56,159 nucleotides of DNA from Acidimicrobiia bacterium. GTDB taxonomy: Bacteria > Actinomycetota > Acidimicrobiia > Spongiisociales > SHLN01. Shown here in pieces: positions 18,228 through 28,000 of this stretch (position 1 is its first letter; every line of letters starts with the position of its first letter). The stretch is taken from NCBI GenBank assembly GCA_013002865.1, contig JABDLU010000081.1, forward strand, positions 1 to 56,159. The letters run 5' to 3'. The position numbers and the translations under genes are program-made. Under the pieces are notes generated by a model. It was given only the letters and a program-made list of their open reading frames with translations. It did not search any database and was not told the DNA's origin.

Positions 18228-20409
18228 GGATCGTCCCTTCCATGCGGCGCCGGATGGCACCGCCCCACACGGTGCGCAACCGCCCGATCGACATCGGGTC
18301 GATGGTCGGGTCGGACAACTCGAGGTCGGCACCACCCGTCTGGCCGATGCGCCGGATGTCACATCCCACCTCGGCCGCCAATTGGGTGACCCGGGCCGCT
18401 TCGGCCGACGGGACCAGGCACAGGAAGCGGTGCGGGTCTTCACCGAACGCGTCGATCGTCGAGGTGCGCTCCAGTACGGCGCCGACGTCATGGCGAATGA
18501 GCAGCTCGACCAGCGCAACCAGGGCACCGCCCTGGGAGACGTCGTGCAGCACCGCGGTCGGCATGACGTGAGCGAGGCGGATGGCCAGTTCAATCGACCT
18601 GCCGCCGGTATCGGGATCGATCGGGGTCGGCCGTCCGCCCAGCGTCCCGAAGATCGTCTTCTGATACGCGGTGCCGGCCAGCGAACGCTGCTGGGCAGGT
18701 CCGGCGAGGAAGATGGTCATGTCGGTGCCCACGTCTCCGATGAAGGCGGGGATCGGCTCGGCCAGTCCGAGCATTCCGACGACGGGGGTCGGGTAGATGT
18801 CGCGTCCGTCGGTTTCGTTGTAGAACGACACGTTGCCGCCAACGATCGGGACACCGAGGGCGTCGCACGCTGCTCCCAGCCCGGCGATGGTTTCCGTGAA
18901 CTGCCACATGACGTCTGGCTTCTCGGGATTGCCGAAGTTGAGGTTGTCGACGACCGCCAGGGGACGGGCGCCGGCAACCGCCACGTTGAGCGCCGACTCG
19001 TAGACGATCCGCTCGGCGCCGCGGCGGGGATCGAGCTGGCACATTCGGCCGTTCCCGTCGGTCGACACGGCGAGGCCCTTGTCCGTTCCCTGGATGCGGA
19101 TCAGTGATCCATCGATTCCCGGAGGCCGCACGGTGTTGAGAAACAGCATGTGGTCGAACTGCTCGTAGACCCACGACCGATCGCCGATGCCGGGATCATC
19201 GAGCAACGCCAGCAGTGCCGTGTCGAGAGGTGTGCGATCCGGTGGGTCGCGGCGCTTGCGCAGGTCGTCGAGCCAGGCGGGCCGTTCGATCGGGCGATGC
19301 AGCACCGGAGCGTCATCGGTCAGAGAGGCGGCCGGTACGTCGACGATCTGTTCACCGTTGTGGTGGACGCGCAGCCGGTCTCCGTCCCGGACGGTGCCGA
19401 CCACGGAGGCGTCGATCTCCCATGTGGCCGCCACGGCGAGCACCTCGTCGACCTTGTCGGGCGAAACGAAGGCCATCATCCGTTCCTGGGACTCCGACAT
19501 CAGCAGCTCTGGTGCCGTCATGTCATCTTCGCGCACATGGACGGCGTCGAGGTTCAGTTCCATCCCCACTCCGGCCCGGGCCGCCGGTTCGCTGGCGGCG
19601 CAGGTCAGCCCGGCGGCGCCCAGATCCTGGACACCGACCACGAGGTCGCGCTCGTAGAGGTCGAGGCACGCCTCGATGAGCTTCTTCTCCTCAAAGGGGT
19701 CGCCGACCTGGACCGAGGGGCGCTTTTCCCCGGCCGTCTCATCGAAGCCGGCCGACGCCAGCACCGAGGCACCGCCGATGCCATCGCGTCCCGTCGATGC
19801 GCCGAGCAGGACGGCAATCGTGCCGGGAGTGCCGGCAGTCCCCAGCACCAGCTGCTCGCGCTGCAAGATGCCGAGACACATGACGTTGACGAGCGGGTTG
19901 CCGGCATACACCGGGTCGAACTCGGTCTCGCCTCCCAGAGTCGGGACACCGACGGCGTTACCGTATCCGGCGATGCCCGACACCACACCGTTGAACAGGT
20001 AGCGATTGTGCGGGTCCGAAAGCTCACCGAACCGAATCTGATTCCAGAGCCCGACCGGCCGGGCGCCCATCGTGAACACGTCTCGCAGAATGCCGCCCAC
20101 GCCGGTGGCCGCTCCCTGATACGGCTCAACGAACGACGGGTGGTTGTGGCTCTCGATGCGCAGCGCGGCCAGCCAGCCGTCGCCCAGGTCGACGACGCCG
20201 GCGTTTTCACCGGGACCGACCACCACCCAGGGTGCGTCGGTCGGGAGGGTCCCCAGGTGCGCGCGGGAGCTCTTGTACGAGCAATGTTCCGACCACATCA
20301 CCGAGTACATCGCCAGTTCCGAATCCTGGGGTCGCCGGCCGAGGATCTCCTGAACGGAGATGAACTCCTCGTCGGTCATTCCGAGCTCGCGGTGCACGAC
20401 GTCGGTCAC
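18220..20409 (-). CDS. purL: FGAM synthase subunit PurL (small type)
   Basis: MWSEHCSYKSS, ESHNHPS, SESQERM, GGNVSFYN. Confidence 0.97.
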   Translation of the reverse strand: MTDVVHRELGMTDEEFISVQEILGRRPQDSELAMYSVMWSEHCSYKSSRAHLGTLPTDAPWVVVGPGENAGVVDLGDGWLAALRIESHNHPSFVEPYQGAATGVGGILRDVFTMGARPVGLWNQIRFGELSDPHNRYLFNGVVSGIAGYGNAVGVPTLGGETEFDPVYAGNPLVNVMCLGILQREQLVLGTAGTPGTIAVLLGASTGRDGIGGASVLASAGFDETAGEKRPSVQVGDPFEEKKLIEACLDLYERDLVVGVQDLGAAGLTCAASEPAARAGVGMELNLDAVHVREDDMTAPELLMSESQERMMAFVSPDKVDEVLAVAATWEIDASVVGTVRDGDRLRVHHNGEQIVDVPAASLTDDAPVLHRPIERPAWLDDLRKRRDPPDRTPLDTALLALLDDPGIGDRSWVYEQFDHMLFLNTVRPPGIDGSLIRIQGTDKGLAVSTDGNGRMCQLDPRRGAERIVYESALNVAVAGARPLAVVDNLNFGNPEKPDVMWQFTETIAGLGAACDALGVPIVGGNVSFYNETDGRDIYPTPVVGMLGLAEPIPAFIGDVGTDMTIFLAGPAQQRSLAGTAYQKTIFGTLGGRPTPIDPDTGGRSIELAIRLAHVMPTAVLHDVSQGGALVALVELLIRHDVGAVLERTSTIDAFGEDPHRFLCLVPSAEAARVTQLAAEVGCDIRRIGQTGGADLELSDPTIDPMSIGRLRTVWGGAIRRRMEGTIHE

Positions 20410-21083
20410 GCCGGCACGGCCTCGAGGGAGGCAACGAACGATTCCAGCAGTATCCGTCCGTCCGTCGAGCCCATGAAGTCTTCGATGGCCCGCTCGGGAT
20501 GGGGCATCAAGCCGGCCACGTTCCCGGCGGTGTTGGCAACGGCGGCGATTGCTCCCTCGGATCCATTCGGGTTGGCGGCGTCGGACAGGGTGCCGGCGGC
20601 GTCGGTGTACCGAAGCATGACCCGGACGGCGTCGCCACCGGTGATGTAGTTGCCCTCGTAGGAGTTGAGCGGAATGGTGAGAACCTGGCCGGGGCGGGCC
20701 GCCCTGGTGAGTATCGAGTCTGGCGACTGGACTCGCACGTGCACCGGACGGCAGATGAACCGGAGGTCACGGTTGGCGATGAGCCCCCCGGGGAGCAGCC
20801 CGGCTTCGCACAAGACCTGAAACCCGTTGCAGATGCCGAGCACCGGCCGGCCTTCGGCGGCCAGCTTTTCGACGGCCGCCATGACCGGCGAGAAGCGGGC
20901 GATAGCCCCGGTGCGCAGGTAGTCACCGTGCGCGAAGCCGCCCGGCAGGACGACGCCATCGATGCCGTCGAGTGAGGTCTCGCGATGCCACACCTGTTCA
21001 GTGTCGGCACCGAGGGCCTCGAATGCGTACGCCACGTCCCGTTCGCAGTTGGTGCCCGGGAAGGTGATGATCCCGATACTCAA
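20406..21083 (-). CDS. purQ: FGAM synthase glutaminase PurQ
   Basis: TTG start overlapping the purS stop; FPGTNC, GGFAHGDYLR, GICNGFQ, MPHPER. Confidence 0.95.
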   Translation of the reverse strand: MSIGIITFPGTNCERDVAYAFEALGADTEQVWHRETSLDGIDGVVLPGGFAHGDYLRTGAIARFSPVMAAVEKLAAEGRPVLGICNGFQVLCEAGLLPGGLIANRDLRFICRPVHVRVQSPDSILTRAARPGQVLTIPLNSYEGNYITGGDAVRVMLRYTDAAGTLSDAANPNGSEGAIAAVANTAGNVAGLMPHPERAIEDFMGSTDGRILLESFVASLEAVPA

Positions 21084-21322
21084 CCGAGGATCTCGATCTC
21101 GTAGTTCTCCATGACGGGATTGGCGAGCATCTTCTCGCACATGGCCCGCACCGCCGACAGCACGTACTCCTGGTCGCGCCCGGGCAAAGACACCTCGATG
21201 GTTCGATTGACGCGAACCCCGTCGACGTCGCCGTAGCCGAGGTCGACGAGTGCCCGCTGGATGGTGGCGCCCTCCGGATCGGCGATTTCCGGCCGGCGGG
21301 TAATCGTCACCAGGGCTCTCAT
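21080..21322 (-). CDS. purS: FGAM synthase subunit PurS
   Basis: DPEG..I, MCEKMLANPVMENY. Confidence 0.93.
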   Translation of the reverse strand: MRALVTITRRPEIADPEGATIQRALVDLGYGDVDGVRVNRTIEVSLPGRDQEYVLSAVRAMCEKMLANPVMENYEIEILG

Positions 21323-22188
21323 CCGGTGCCGTCCGCGAACGATCGGCCGGTGATGCGCTCGAATGCCTCGGTATAGCGGGCGGCGGTGCCGTCACGGACC
21401 TCATCGGGCATGGCCGGGGCGGGCGGCGAATGGTCCCAGCCGGTGGAATCCAGCCAGTCCCGCACGTATTGCTTGTCGAAGGACGGCATGGTCTTGCCGG
21501 GTTGGTACTCGTCGGCCGGCCAATAGCGGCTCGAGTCGGGCGTGAGCACCTCGTCAATGAGCAGCAACTCCCCATCGTCCCAGCCGAATTCGAACTTGGT
21601 GTCGGCGATGAGCAGCCCCTGGGCGGCGGCCGCTTCGGCGGCCCGTTGGTATATGTCGATCGAAAGTGATCGGAGGCGCTCGTATAGCTCGTGGCCGACG
21701 AGATCACGGGCTCCGGCCTCGGTGAGGTTCTCATCGTGGCCGGTTTCCGCTTTGGTGGCCGGGGTGAAGATCGGCTCGGTGAGCTTTTCCCCCATCTTCA
21801 ATCCGTCGGGGAGGTGCTCGGTAGTCGGACCGCCACCGGCCTGGTACTCACGCCAGCTGCTGCCGTATAGGTAGCCCCGCACCACGCATTCCATAGGGAT
21901 GACCTCCGCCCGGCGCACGATCATGGCTCGCCCGTCCAGCACGAGCCGCTCGGCCTGATCCAGCCCCAGGCCGCCGAGTTCGGTGGTGATGAAGTGGTTG
22001 GGGGTGTCCAGGTAGTCGAACCAGTGCAGCGATACGCCGGTGAGAACGCGGCCCTTGTTGGGAATGGCGTCCGGGAGTATGACGTCGTACGCGGAAATGC
22101 GGTCCGTAGCTACGAACAGAAGGCGATGCTCGTCGATCTCATAGATTTCGCGAACTTTGCCCGAAGCGAGATGTGTCAGCGCCAACAC
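21319..22188 (-). CDS. purC: SAICAR synthase
   Basis: [44 protein letters not shown]. Confidence 0.96.
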   Translation of the reverse strand: MLALTHLASGKVREIYEIDEHRLLFVATDRISAYDVILPDAIPNKGRVLTGVSLHWFDYLDTPNHFITTELGGLGLDQAERLVLDGRAMIVRRAEVIPMECVVRGYLYGSSWREYQAGGGPTTEHLPDGLKMGEKLTEPIFTPATKAETGHDENLTEAGARDLVGHELYERLRSLSIDIYQRAAEAAAAQGLLIADTKFEFGWDDGELLLIDEVLTPDSSRYWPADEYQPGKTMPSFDKQYVRDWLDSTGWDHSPPAPAMPDEVRDGTAARYTEAFERITGRSFADGTG

Positions 22189-22224
22189 GCTGGCGATTGT
22201 AGGTCGGTGGGTCGCGACCTCTGG

Positions 22225-22698
22225 TTATCCGCGGTGCACCTCGCGAAATGTATCTTTCGCCAGCTGGTCGCGGTGGGCGGCGAGCTGCTTGCGGAGGCTG
22301 TCATCAGTTATCGCCAGGATGGATACGGCGAGCAGGGCGGCATTGCCGGCGCCATCAACGGCCACCGTTGCCACCGGAATTCCCGAGGGCATCTGGACGG
22401 TGGAGAGCAGCGCGTCGAGCCCATCCATCGACGCGCTCAGCGGCACTCCGATGACCGGCAAGGTCGTCCGGGCGGCCATCACTCCCGCCAGGTGGGCCGC
22501 CTTGCCGGCACCGGCGATGATCACACCGAGGTTGTTCTCTTCGGCACCGTCGATGTACGCCAGCGCCTGATCGAGCGACTTGTGCGCCGAGGCAACCAGG
22601 ACATCGTGGGGGATGCCGAATCGCTCGAGGGTCTCGGCGGCCTTCTGCATGATGGGCAGATCCTTCTCCGAGCCCATCAGGACGGCGACCTTTTTCAT
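22225..22698 (-). CDS. purE: AIR carboxylase / N5-CAIR mutase
   Basis: [39 protein letters not shown]. Confidence 0.95.
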   Translation of the reverse strand: MKKVAVLMGSEKDLPIMQKAAETLERFGIPHDVLVASAHKSLDQALAYIDGAEENNLGVIIAGAGKAAHLAGVMAARTTLPVIGVPLSASMDGLDALLSTVQMPSGIPVATVAVDGAGNAALLAVSILAITDDSLRKQLAAHRDQLAKDTFREVHRG

Positions 22699-22723
22699 TC
22701 GTGACTCCTTGTTCGTCGATCGA

Positions 22724-23971
22724 TTACTGGGCGATGTCGGTCCGGTACTGCTTGCCGGAGAAGCTGATCCGGGCGGCCCGATCGTAGGCACGATCGCGGG
22801 CTGCATCGAGATCGGGGCCGAGGCCGACGACGCTGACAACCCGGCCCCCGGCGGTCTCGGTGCGCAACCCGACCCGGCGGGTGGCGGCATGAAAGACCAG
22901 GGTCCCGGGCTCGTCCTCGTCCAGGCCGCGGATCTCGTCACCCAGCACCGGCGCCTCGGGATATCCCTTGGCGGCCAGGACCACGTTCACGGCCATCTGG
23001 CCGGACCAGTGCAGCTCGGTGCCGGCGGCGTTGCCGTCGGTGCATGCCGCGATGACGTCCAACAGGTCGCTCTCGAGTGTCGGCAGCAATGCCTGGGTCT
23101 CCGGATCGCCGAGCCGGCAATTGAACTCCAGCACCTGGGGCCCGGCCTCGGTGAGGACGAGTCCGGCGTAGATGAAACCGGTGTACGTCTCGCCATCCGC
23201 GGCCAGGGTCTCGAGCACCGGAGTGATGACCGTGTCCACGATGCGTCGGACGAAGGTGTCTCCGTGACCCGGTACGGGCGTGTAAGTCCCCATCCCACCG
23301 GTGTTCGGTCCACGATTGCCGTCTTCGAGCCGCTTGTAGTCCCGGGCGGTTCGCAAGCCGAGGACGGTGGTCCCGTCGCATAGCCCAAAGACACTGATCT
23401 CCTCGCCGTCGAGGAAGTCTTCGATGACGACCCGGTTCCCGGCCGGGCCGAACCGGCCAGAAAAGCAGTCGGCGACCCAGCTAGCAGCCTCGCCGAGCTG
23501 CGATGTCACCAGGACACCCTTGCCGGCCGCCAGGCCGTCGGCCTTGACGACATACGGGGGCTTTCGCACCGACAAGTGGTCCAGGGCCGACTCGGCATCG
23601 GCGAACACCTCGGAGGCGGCGGTCGGAACGCCGGCCCGGTGCATGATGCTCTTGGCGAAAGACTTCGACGTTTCCAGCCGGGCGGCCGACCGGCTCGGCC
23701 CGAAGATCGGGATCCTGGCGGTCCGCACGGCGTCGGTCACGCCGGCGGCGAGAGGGGCCTCCGGACCGACGACGACGAGGTCGATCGATTCCCGAAGTGC
23801 CAGGTTGACAACGGCGGCCGGATCCGCCGGATCGATGGCGTGGGTCGGCCCGATCGTGGCGAGACCGGGATTGCCGGGTGCGGTGTGGAGCTGGTCGAGG
23901 CGGGAGCTCTGGGCGAGCTTCCAACCTATGGCGTGCTCGCGGCCACCTCCGCCGAGAAGCAGAACGTTCAC
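22724..23971 (-). CDS. purD: Phosphoribosylamine-glycine ligase
   Basis: GGGGREHA, APGNPG, VGPEAPL, VKADGLAAGKGV, GPNTGGMG, EFNCRLGDPE. Confidence 0.97.
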   Translation of the reverse strand: MNVLLLGGGGREHAIGWKLAQSSRLDQLHTAPGNPGLATIGPTHAIDPADPAAVVNLALRESIDLVVVGPEAPLAAGVTDAVRTARIPIFGPSRSAARLETSKSFAKSIMHRAGVPTAASEVFADAESALDHLSVRKPPYVVKADGLAAGKGVLVTSQLGEAASWVADCFSGRFGPAGNRVVIEDFLDGEEISVFGLCDGTTVLGLRTARDYKRLEDGNRGPNTGGMGTYTPVPGHGDTFVRRIVDTVITPVLETLAADGETYTGFIYAGLVLTEAGPQVLEFNCRLGDPETQALLPTLESDLLDVIAACTDGNAAGTELHWSGQMAVNVVLAAKGYPEAPVLGDEIRGLDEDEPGTLVFHAATRRVGLRTETAGGRVVSVVGLGPDLDAARDRAYDRAARISFSGKQYRTDIAQ

Positions 23972-24099
23972 GGTGCGAGCATAAAGCACCCGGGGGAGCC
24001 CTCCGCCGTGCCGGCGGGACACAGCGTCCCCTAGCCTCGGTGGATGTCGATGAGGCCAACCCCAATGGCACGGACCGCCGGTTGCGGTGAGGACCAGCC

Positions 24100-26016
24100 G
24101 TGACTGGAAGCCTGGGGGTGGACGTCGGCGGCACGTTCACCGACGTCGCCGCCTGGGATGGCTCGACGCTGTCAACCGCCAAGGTGCCGAGTACCCCCGA
24201 CGATCAGAGTCGCGGCGTGGTCGCCGGTGCCGCCGCCTTCACGAACGACGTCGGCCGCTTCTTCCATGGAACCACCGTCGCGACTAATGCCCTCCTGGAA
24301 CGCGCCGGGGCCACCTGCGCGTTGGTCACGAGCCCCGGATTCGAGGATGTCCTCGAGATCGGCCGGCAGGACCGGCCGGCGCTCTACGACCAGCAGGTCG
24401 GCCGCCCGGCCCCGCTCGTCCCGGCGGACCGGCGCGTGACCCCGGATGCCCTCGCCGACCTCGACGACGGGATCGAAGCGGTCGCCGTGTCGCTCCAATA
24501 CTCCTTCGAGGACCCCGCAGAGGAGCTCGCCATCCGCCGGGCACTCCACGCCGCCTGCCCGGGGGTGCCGGTTTCGCTATCCAGCGAAGTCGCCCCCGAG
24601 TTCCGTGAGTTCGAACGGGCATCGACCACCGTGCTCAACGCGTACGTGCAGCCCATCATGGCCCACTACCTGCTGCGCCTGTCTGAGGCCAGCAGCCGGG
24701 CCGGACTGCCCGGCCACGTGCTGGTCATGCAGTCGTCGGGTGGCCTCATTTCGGCGGCCGGTGCCAGCCGCCACCCGGCCGCCGCCCTGCTGTCCGGACC
24801 CGCCGGTGGTGTTGTCGCCGCTGCCGAGCTCGGACGGTCGCTCGGTCGTCCGAGCCTCATCTCGTTCGACATGGGCGGAACCTCAACCGACGTGTGCCGG
24901 ATCGAGGACGGGCGGCCCGAAATCTCGAACGAGCGCCTCATCGACGGTTATCCGTGCCGTCTCCCTGCGGTGGCCGTCCACACGGTGGGGGCCGGGGGCG
25001 GCAGCCTCGGATGGATCGACTCCGGTGGGGCGCTCCGGGTCGGCCCGCGCAGCGCCGGCGCACAGCCGGGCCCGGCGTGTTACGGGAGGGGCGGGGTCGA
25101 GCCGGCCGTGACCGATGCCAACCTGGTGCTTGGTCGCATCAACCCGGCCGGACGGCTCGGATCTGACGTCGTGCTCGAGGCCCGGGCCGCCCACGCTGCT
25201 ATCTCCCGGATCGGTGAGCCGCTCGGGCTCGACAACCCGGCGGCTGCCGTCGGGATGATCGAGGTCGTCGAAGAAGTGATGGCGGGCGCCCTGCGAACGG
25301 TCTCGGTCGAGCAGGGAGCCGATCCACGCGAGGCCACGCTCGTGTCATTCGGCGGTGCGGGCGGGCTGCACGGCTCCTCGCTCGCCCGCCGGCTCGACAT
25401 GGCCGGGATGATCGTGCCGCTCCACGCCGGCGTGTTCTCCGCATTCGGGCTGCTGCTCAGCCCGCCGCGCCAGGACTGGTCGAGATCGGTGTTGACCACC
25501 GAGGAGTCGGTGGTTGACGATGCTCTGCGCAGCCTCGGTGCCGGTGCAACCGACCAGATGACTGCCGATGGCCTCGACACCAGCGTGATCCGCCACAGCG
25601 TGGACATGCGATACGTCGGACAATCCCACGAGTTGACGGTGCCGTACGAGCCCGGGTCGGGCTGGAACGGCCTGGCCGCCGATTTCCACGCCCTCCACGC
25701 CACCCGTAACGGCTTCTCGCGTCCCACCGACCCCGTTGAGGCGGTGACCGTCCGGGTCGAGGCGGTGGGGGAGCCGGCCCTCCGATGGGGCGATTTGCCG
25801 CCGATCGCACCCACCGGCACCCCTGAGCGAGGCTCGCGACCGGTCCAGGGCGGCCGAGGCTCGGTCGATGCCACGGTCTGGTGGCGACCGGCCCTGCGGC
25901 CCGGGGCGGAAGTCATCGGTCCGGCCGTCATCGAGGAGCCTGAGGCAACCACCTTCCTCGGTCACGGAGAACGGGCCGTCGTGCATGACGGCGGTGCCCT
26001 GGTGGTGGACTGGTGA
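24100..26016 (+). CDS. Hydantoinase A / 5-oxoprolinase family, ATP-binding subunit
   Basis: DVGGTFTD, HGTTVATNALLE, LSGPAGG, DMGGTSTD, GAGGGS, GPACYGRGG. Confidence 0.93.
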   Translation: MTGSLGVDVGGTFTDVAAWDGSTLSTAKVPSTPDDQSRGVVAGAAAFTNDVGRFFHGTTVATNALLERAGATCALVTSPGFEDVLEIGRQDRPALYDQQVGRPAPLVPADRRVTPDALADLDDGIEAVAVSLQYSFEDPAEELAIRRALHAACPGVPVSLSSEVAPEFREFERASTTVLNAYVQPIMAHYLLRLSEASSRAGLPGHVLVMQSSGGLISAAGASRHPAAALLSGPAGGVVAAAELGRSLGRPSLISFDMGGTSTDVCRIEDGRPEISNERLIDGYPCRLPAVAVHTVGAGGGSLGWIDSGGALRVGPRSAGAQPGPACYGRGGVEPAVTDANLVLGRINPAGRLGSDVVLEARAAHAAISRIGEPLGLDNPAAAVGMIEVVEEVMAGALRTVSVEQGADPREATLVSFGGAGGLHGSSLARRLDMAGMIVPLHAGVFSAFGLLLSPPRQDWSRSVLTTEESVVDDALRSLGAGATDQMTADGLDTSVIRHSVDMRYVGQSHELTVPYEPGSGWNGLAADFHALHATRNGFSRPTDPVEAVTVRVEAVGEPALRWGDLPPIAPTGTPERGSRPVQGGRGSVDATVWWRPALRPGAEVIGPAVIEEPEATTFLGHGERAVVHDGGALVVDW

Positions 26017-27557
26017 CGATCGATGCGGTGACGCTCGAGGTGGCGAGGAATCGACTCGCTCAGATCGCGACCGAAATGGGAGTGATCCTGCGCCGCACCG
26101 CCTATTCGCCAAACATCAAGGAGCGGGCCGATTGCTCGGCCGCGATATTCGTGCCATCGGGCGAGATGCTCGCCCAGGCCGAGCACATCCCGGTCCACCT
26201 CGGCTCGATGCCGGCCTCGGTCGCCGCGGTAATCGACCGATTTAGAGATGGCGTGGAGCCGGACACCCAGTACGCAGTGAACGACCCGTTCGCCGGAGGC
26301 ACCCATCTCAACGATTTGACCCTGGTGCGGCCGGTGTTCCACGAGGGCGGTCTCATCGGGTGGGCGGCCAACCGGGCTCACCACGCCGATGTCGGCGGCG
26401 AGGCCCCCGGGTCGATGCCCGCCCATGCCACGACCGTCGACCAGGAAGGGCATCGGGTTGCTCCGGTCATCTGCGTGCGGGACGGCAGCTGGCTGCCGGA
26501 GTTTCTCGAGCCGTTCCTGGCCGCCACCCGGACTCCTGCCGAGCGACGGGGTGATCTGTCCGCACAACTTGGCGCCAACGAAGCCGGGGCCAGGCGGCTC
26601 ACCGAGGTGGTCGCCCGGGAAGGCCCCGGCCGGTTTCGGGACGTCACCGCAGCCTTGCTCGACTACGGGGAGCGGCGCATGCGGTCTGCCCTCGATGGTT
26701 TGCCGGATGGCGAGTACCGCTTCACCGATTTCATGGAGTTCGGCGGGGCCCTTGTCCCGATACGGGTCGCGGTCACGATCGAGGACGATGGGCTGCACGC
26801 CGACTTCGCCGGAAGCGCTCGCCAGGTTGCCGGAAACATCAACGCCGTCGAGGCCGTCACCCGGAGCTGCCTGTATTACGCCGTGCGAGTGGCTACCGAT
26901 CCGACGATTCCGGCCAACGGCGGCTGCTATCGGCCCCTCTCGCTGTCCGTGCCGCCGGGCTCCATCGTCGGCGCCGCGCCACCCGCCGCCGTCGCGGCCG
27001 GCAACGTCGAGACCAGCCAGCGCATTGCCGACGTCTTGCTCGGCGCCCTCGCCGCCGCCGCTCCCGACCGGGTGCCGGCCGCCGGCCAGGGAACGATGAA
27101 CAACATCCTCATCGGCAACGACGACTTCGCCTACTACGAGACGGTGGCGGGCGGCCAGGGTGGGAGCCCGTTCGGGCAGGGCTCTTCGGGGATCCAGACC
27201 GGAATGACCAACACGAAGAACACCCCGGTTGAAGCGCTCGAGTCCCACTACCCGCTGCGGGTTGTCCAGTACGGGCTGCGGCGGGGGAGTGGCGGCGCCG
27301 GCCGTCATCGGGGCGGCGAGGGCATCGTCCGGGAGATCGAGTTTCAGACGGCCGCCACCTTGTCGTTGATGGGGGAGCGGCGCGTGCTGCCCCCATGGGG
27401 GCTGGCGGGCGGCTTCCCTGGCAAGCAGGGCGAAGACTGGCTGATCCGCTCCGGCGCCGCTCCCGAGCGGCTGCCCGGCAAAGTGACCGTCGACGTCGGC
27501 CCCGGCGACCGGCTTCTGGTGAAAACCCCCGGCGGCGGCGGCTGGGGAGCTGAGTAA
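26013..27557 (+). CDS. Hydantoinase B / 5-oxoprolinase family subunit
   Basis: AYSPNIKERADCS, HIPVHLGSM, NDPFAGGTHLND, HHADVGG, TPGGGGWG; GTGA overlap. Confidence 0.93.
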   Translation: MTIDAVTLEVARNRLAQIATEMGVILRRTAYSPNIKERADCSAAIFVPSGEMLAQAEHIPVHLGSMPASVAAVIDRFRDGVEPDTQYAVNDPFAGGTHLNDLTLVRPVFHEGGLIGWAANRAHHADVGGEAPGSMPAHATTVDQEGHRVAPVICVRDGSWLPEFLEPFLAATRTPAERRGDLSAQLGANEAGARRLTEVVAREGPGRFRDVTAALLDYGERRMRSALDGLPDGEYRFTDFMEFGGALVPIRVAVTIEDDGLHADFAGSARQVAGNINAVEAVTRSCLYYAVRVATDPTIPANGGCYRPLSLSVPPGSIVGAAPPAAVAAGNVETSQRIADVLLGALAAAAPDRVPAAGQGTMNNILIGNDDFAYYETVAGGQGGSPFGQGSSGIQTGMTNTKNTPVEALESHYPLRVVQYGLRRGSGGAGRHRGGEGIVREIEFQTAATLSLMGERRVLPPWGLAGGFPGKQGEDWLIRSGAAPERLPGKVTVDVGPGDRLLVKTPGGGGWGAE

Positions 27558-27600
27558 ACCGAGCTATCCCGCCGGCTGGCGGATGATCGTCTTCATTTTC

Positions 27601-27803
27601 CGTCCCCGGTCCCCCGTTTCCCGTCCCCTGTCCCCCGACCGGCGTCCGGCGACCGGCGACCGGCGACCGGCGACCACTGACCCCCGTCCCCCGTCCCCCG
27701 TCTCCCGACCGGGGAGTCCCCACCGGCGACCGGCGACCGGCGACCACTGACCACTGACCACTGACCACTGACCACTGACCACTGACCACTGACCACCGAC
27801 CTC
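27601..27803. repeat. Compound heptamer array of 29 in-register units (CGTCCCC / CGACCGG / TGACCAC families)
   Basis: Manual 7-bp phasing from 27601 to 27803 needs no gaps; TGACCAC x7 perfect at 27748-27796. Confidence 0.93.
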
Positions 27804-27830
27804 GGCGGCCCCCGGCCGCCGAGCAACCCC

Positions 27831-27859
27831 TTGACCCCCCACTACCCGCGCGGTATCTT
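27831..27859 (+). promoter_or_regulatory. Putative rpoBC promoter
   Basis: TTGACC-N17-TATCTT, ~140 bp before rpoB. Confidence 0.65.
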
Positions 27860-28000
27860 GCCCAGTAGGACAACTGAACAGACTTCTTGCAGATTGAAGT
27901 CTCCCTTAGCACGTGGGACCCGAAGATTTGTTTATCTTCGCCCGTGTGTTACTCTTGCCGTTCGCCGTCCCATGCCACCCCTTTTTAGGAGGAATCCGCC

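Noticed and set aside
16833-21734. Apparent N-terminal extensions on PurF (to 18593) and PurQ (to 21734) in the ORF track
   Set aside because: They overlap purL and purS/purC; coupled starts at 18227 and 21083 give normal-length proteins.
27601-27803. CRISPR array interpretation of the repeat clusters
   Set aside because: Units are 7-bp tandem copies with no unique spacers, and no cas genes are present in the window.
27564-27842. ORFs with SGQWSVV / VAGRRSP peptide repeats, and similar ORFs at 4385-4836 and 11545-12071
   Set aside because: These are the products of translating 7-bp repeats; they have no SD or coding context and several overlap better-supported features.
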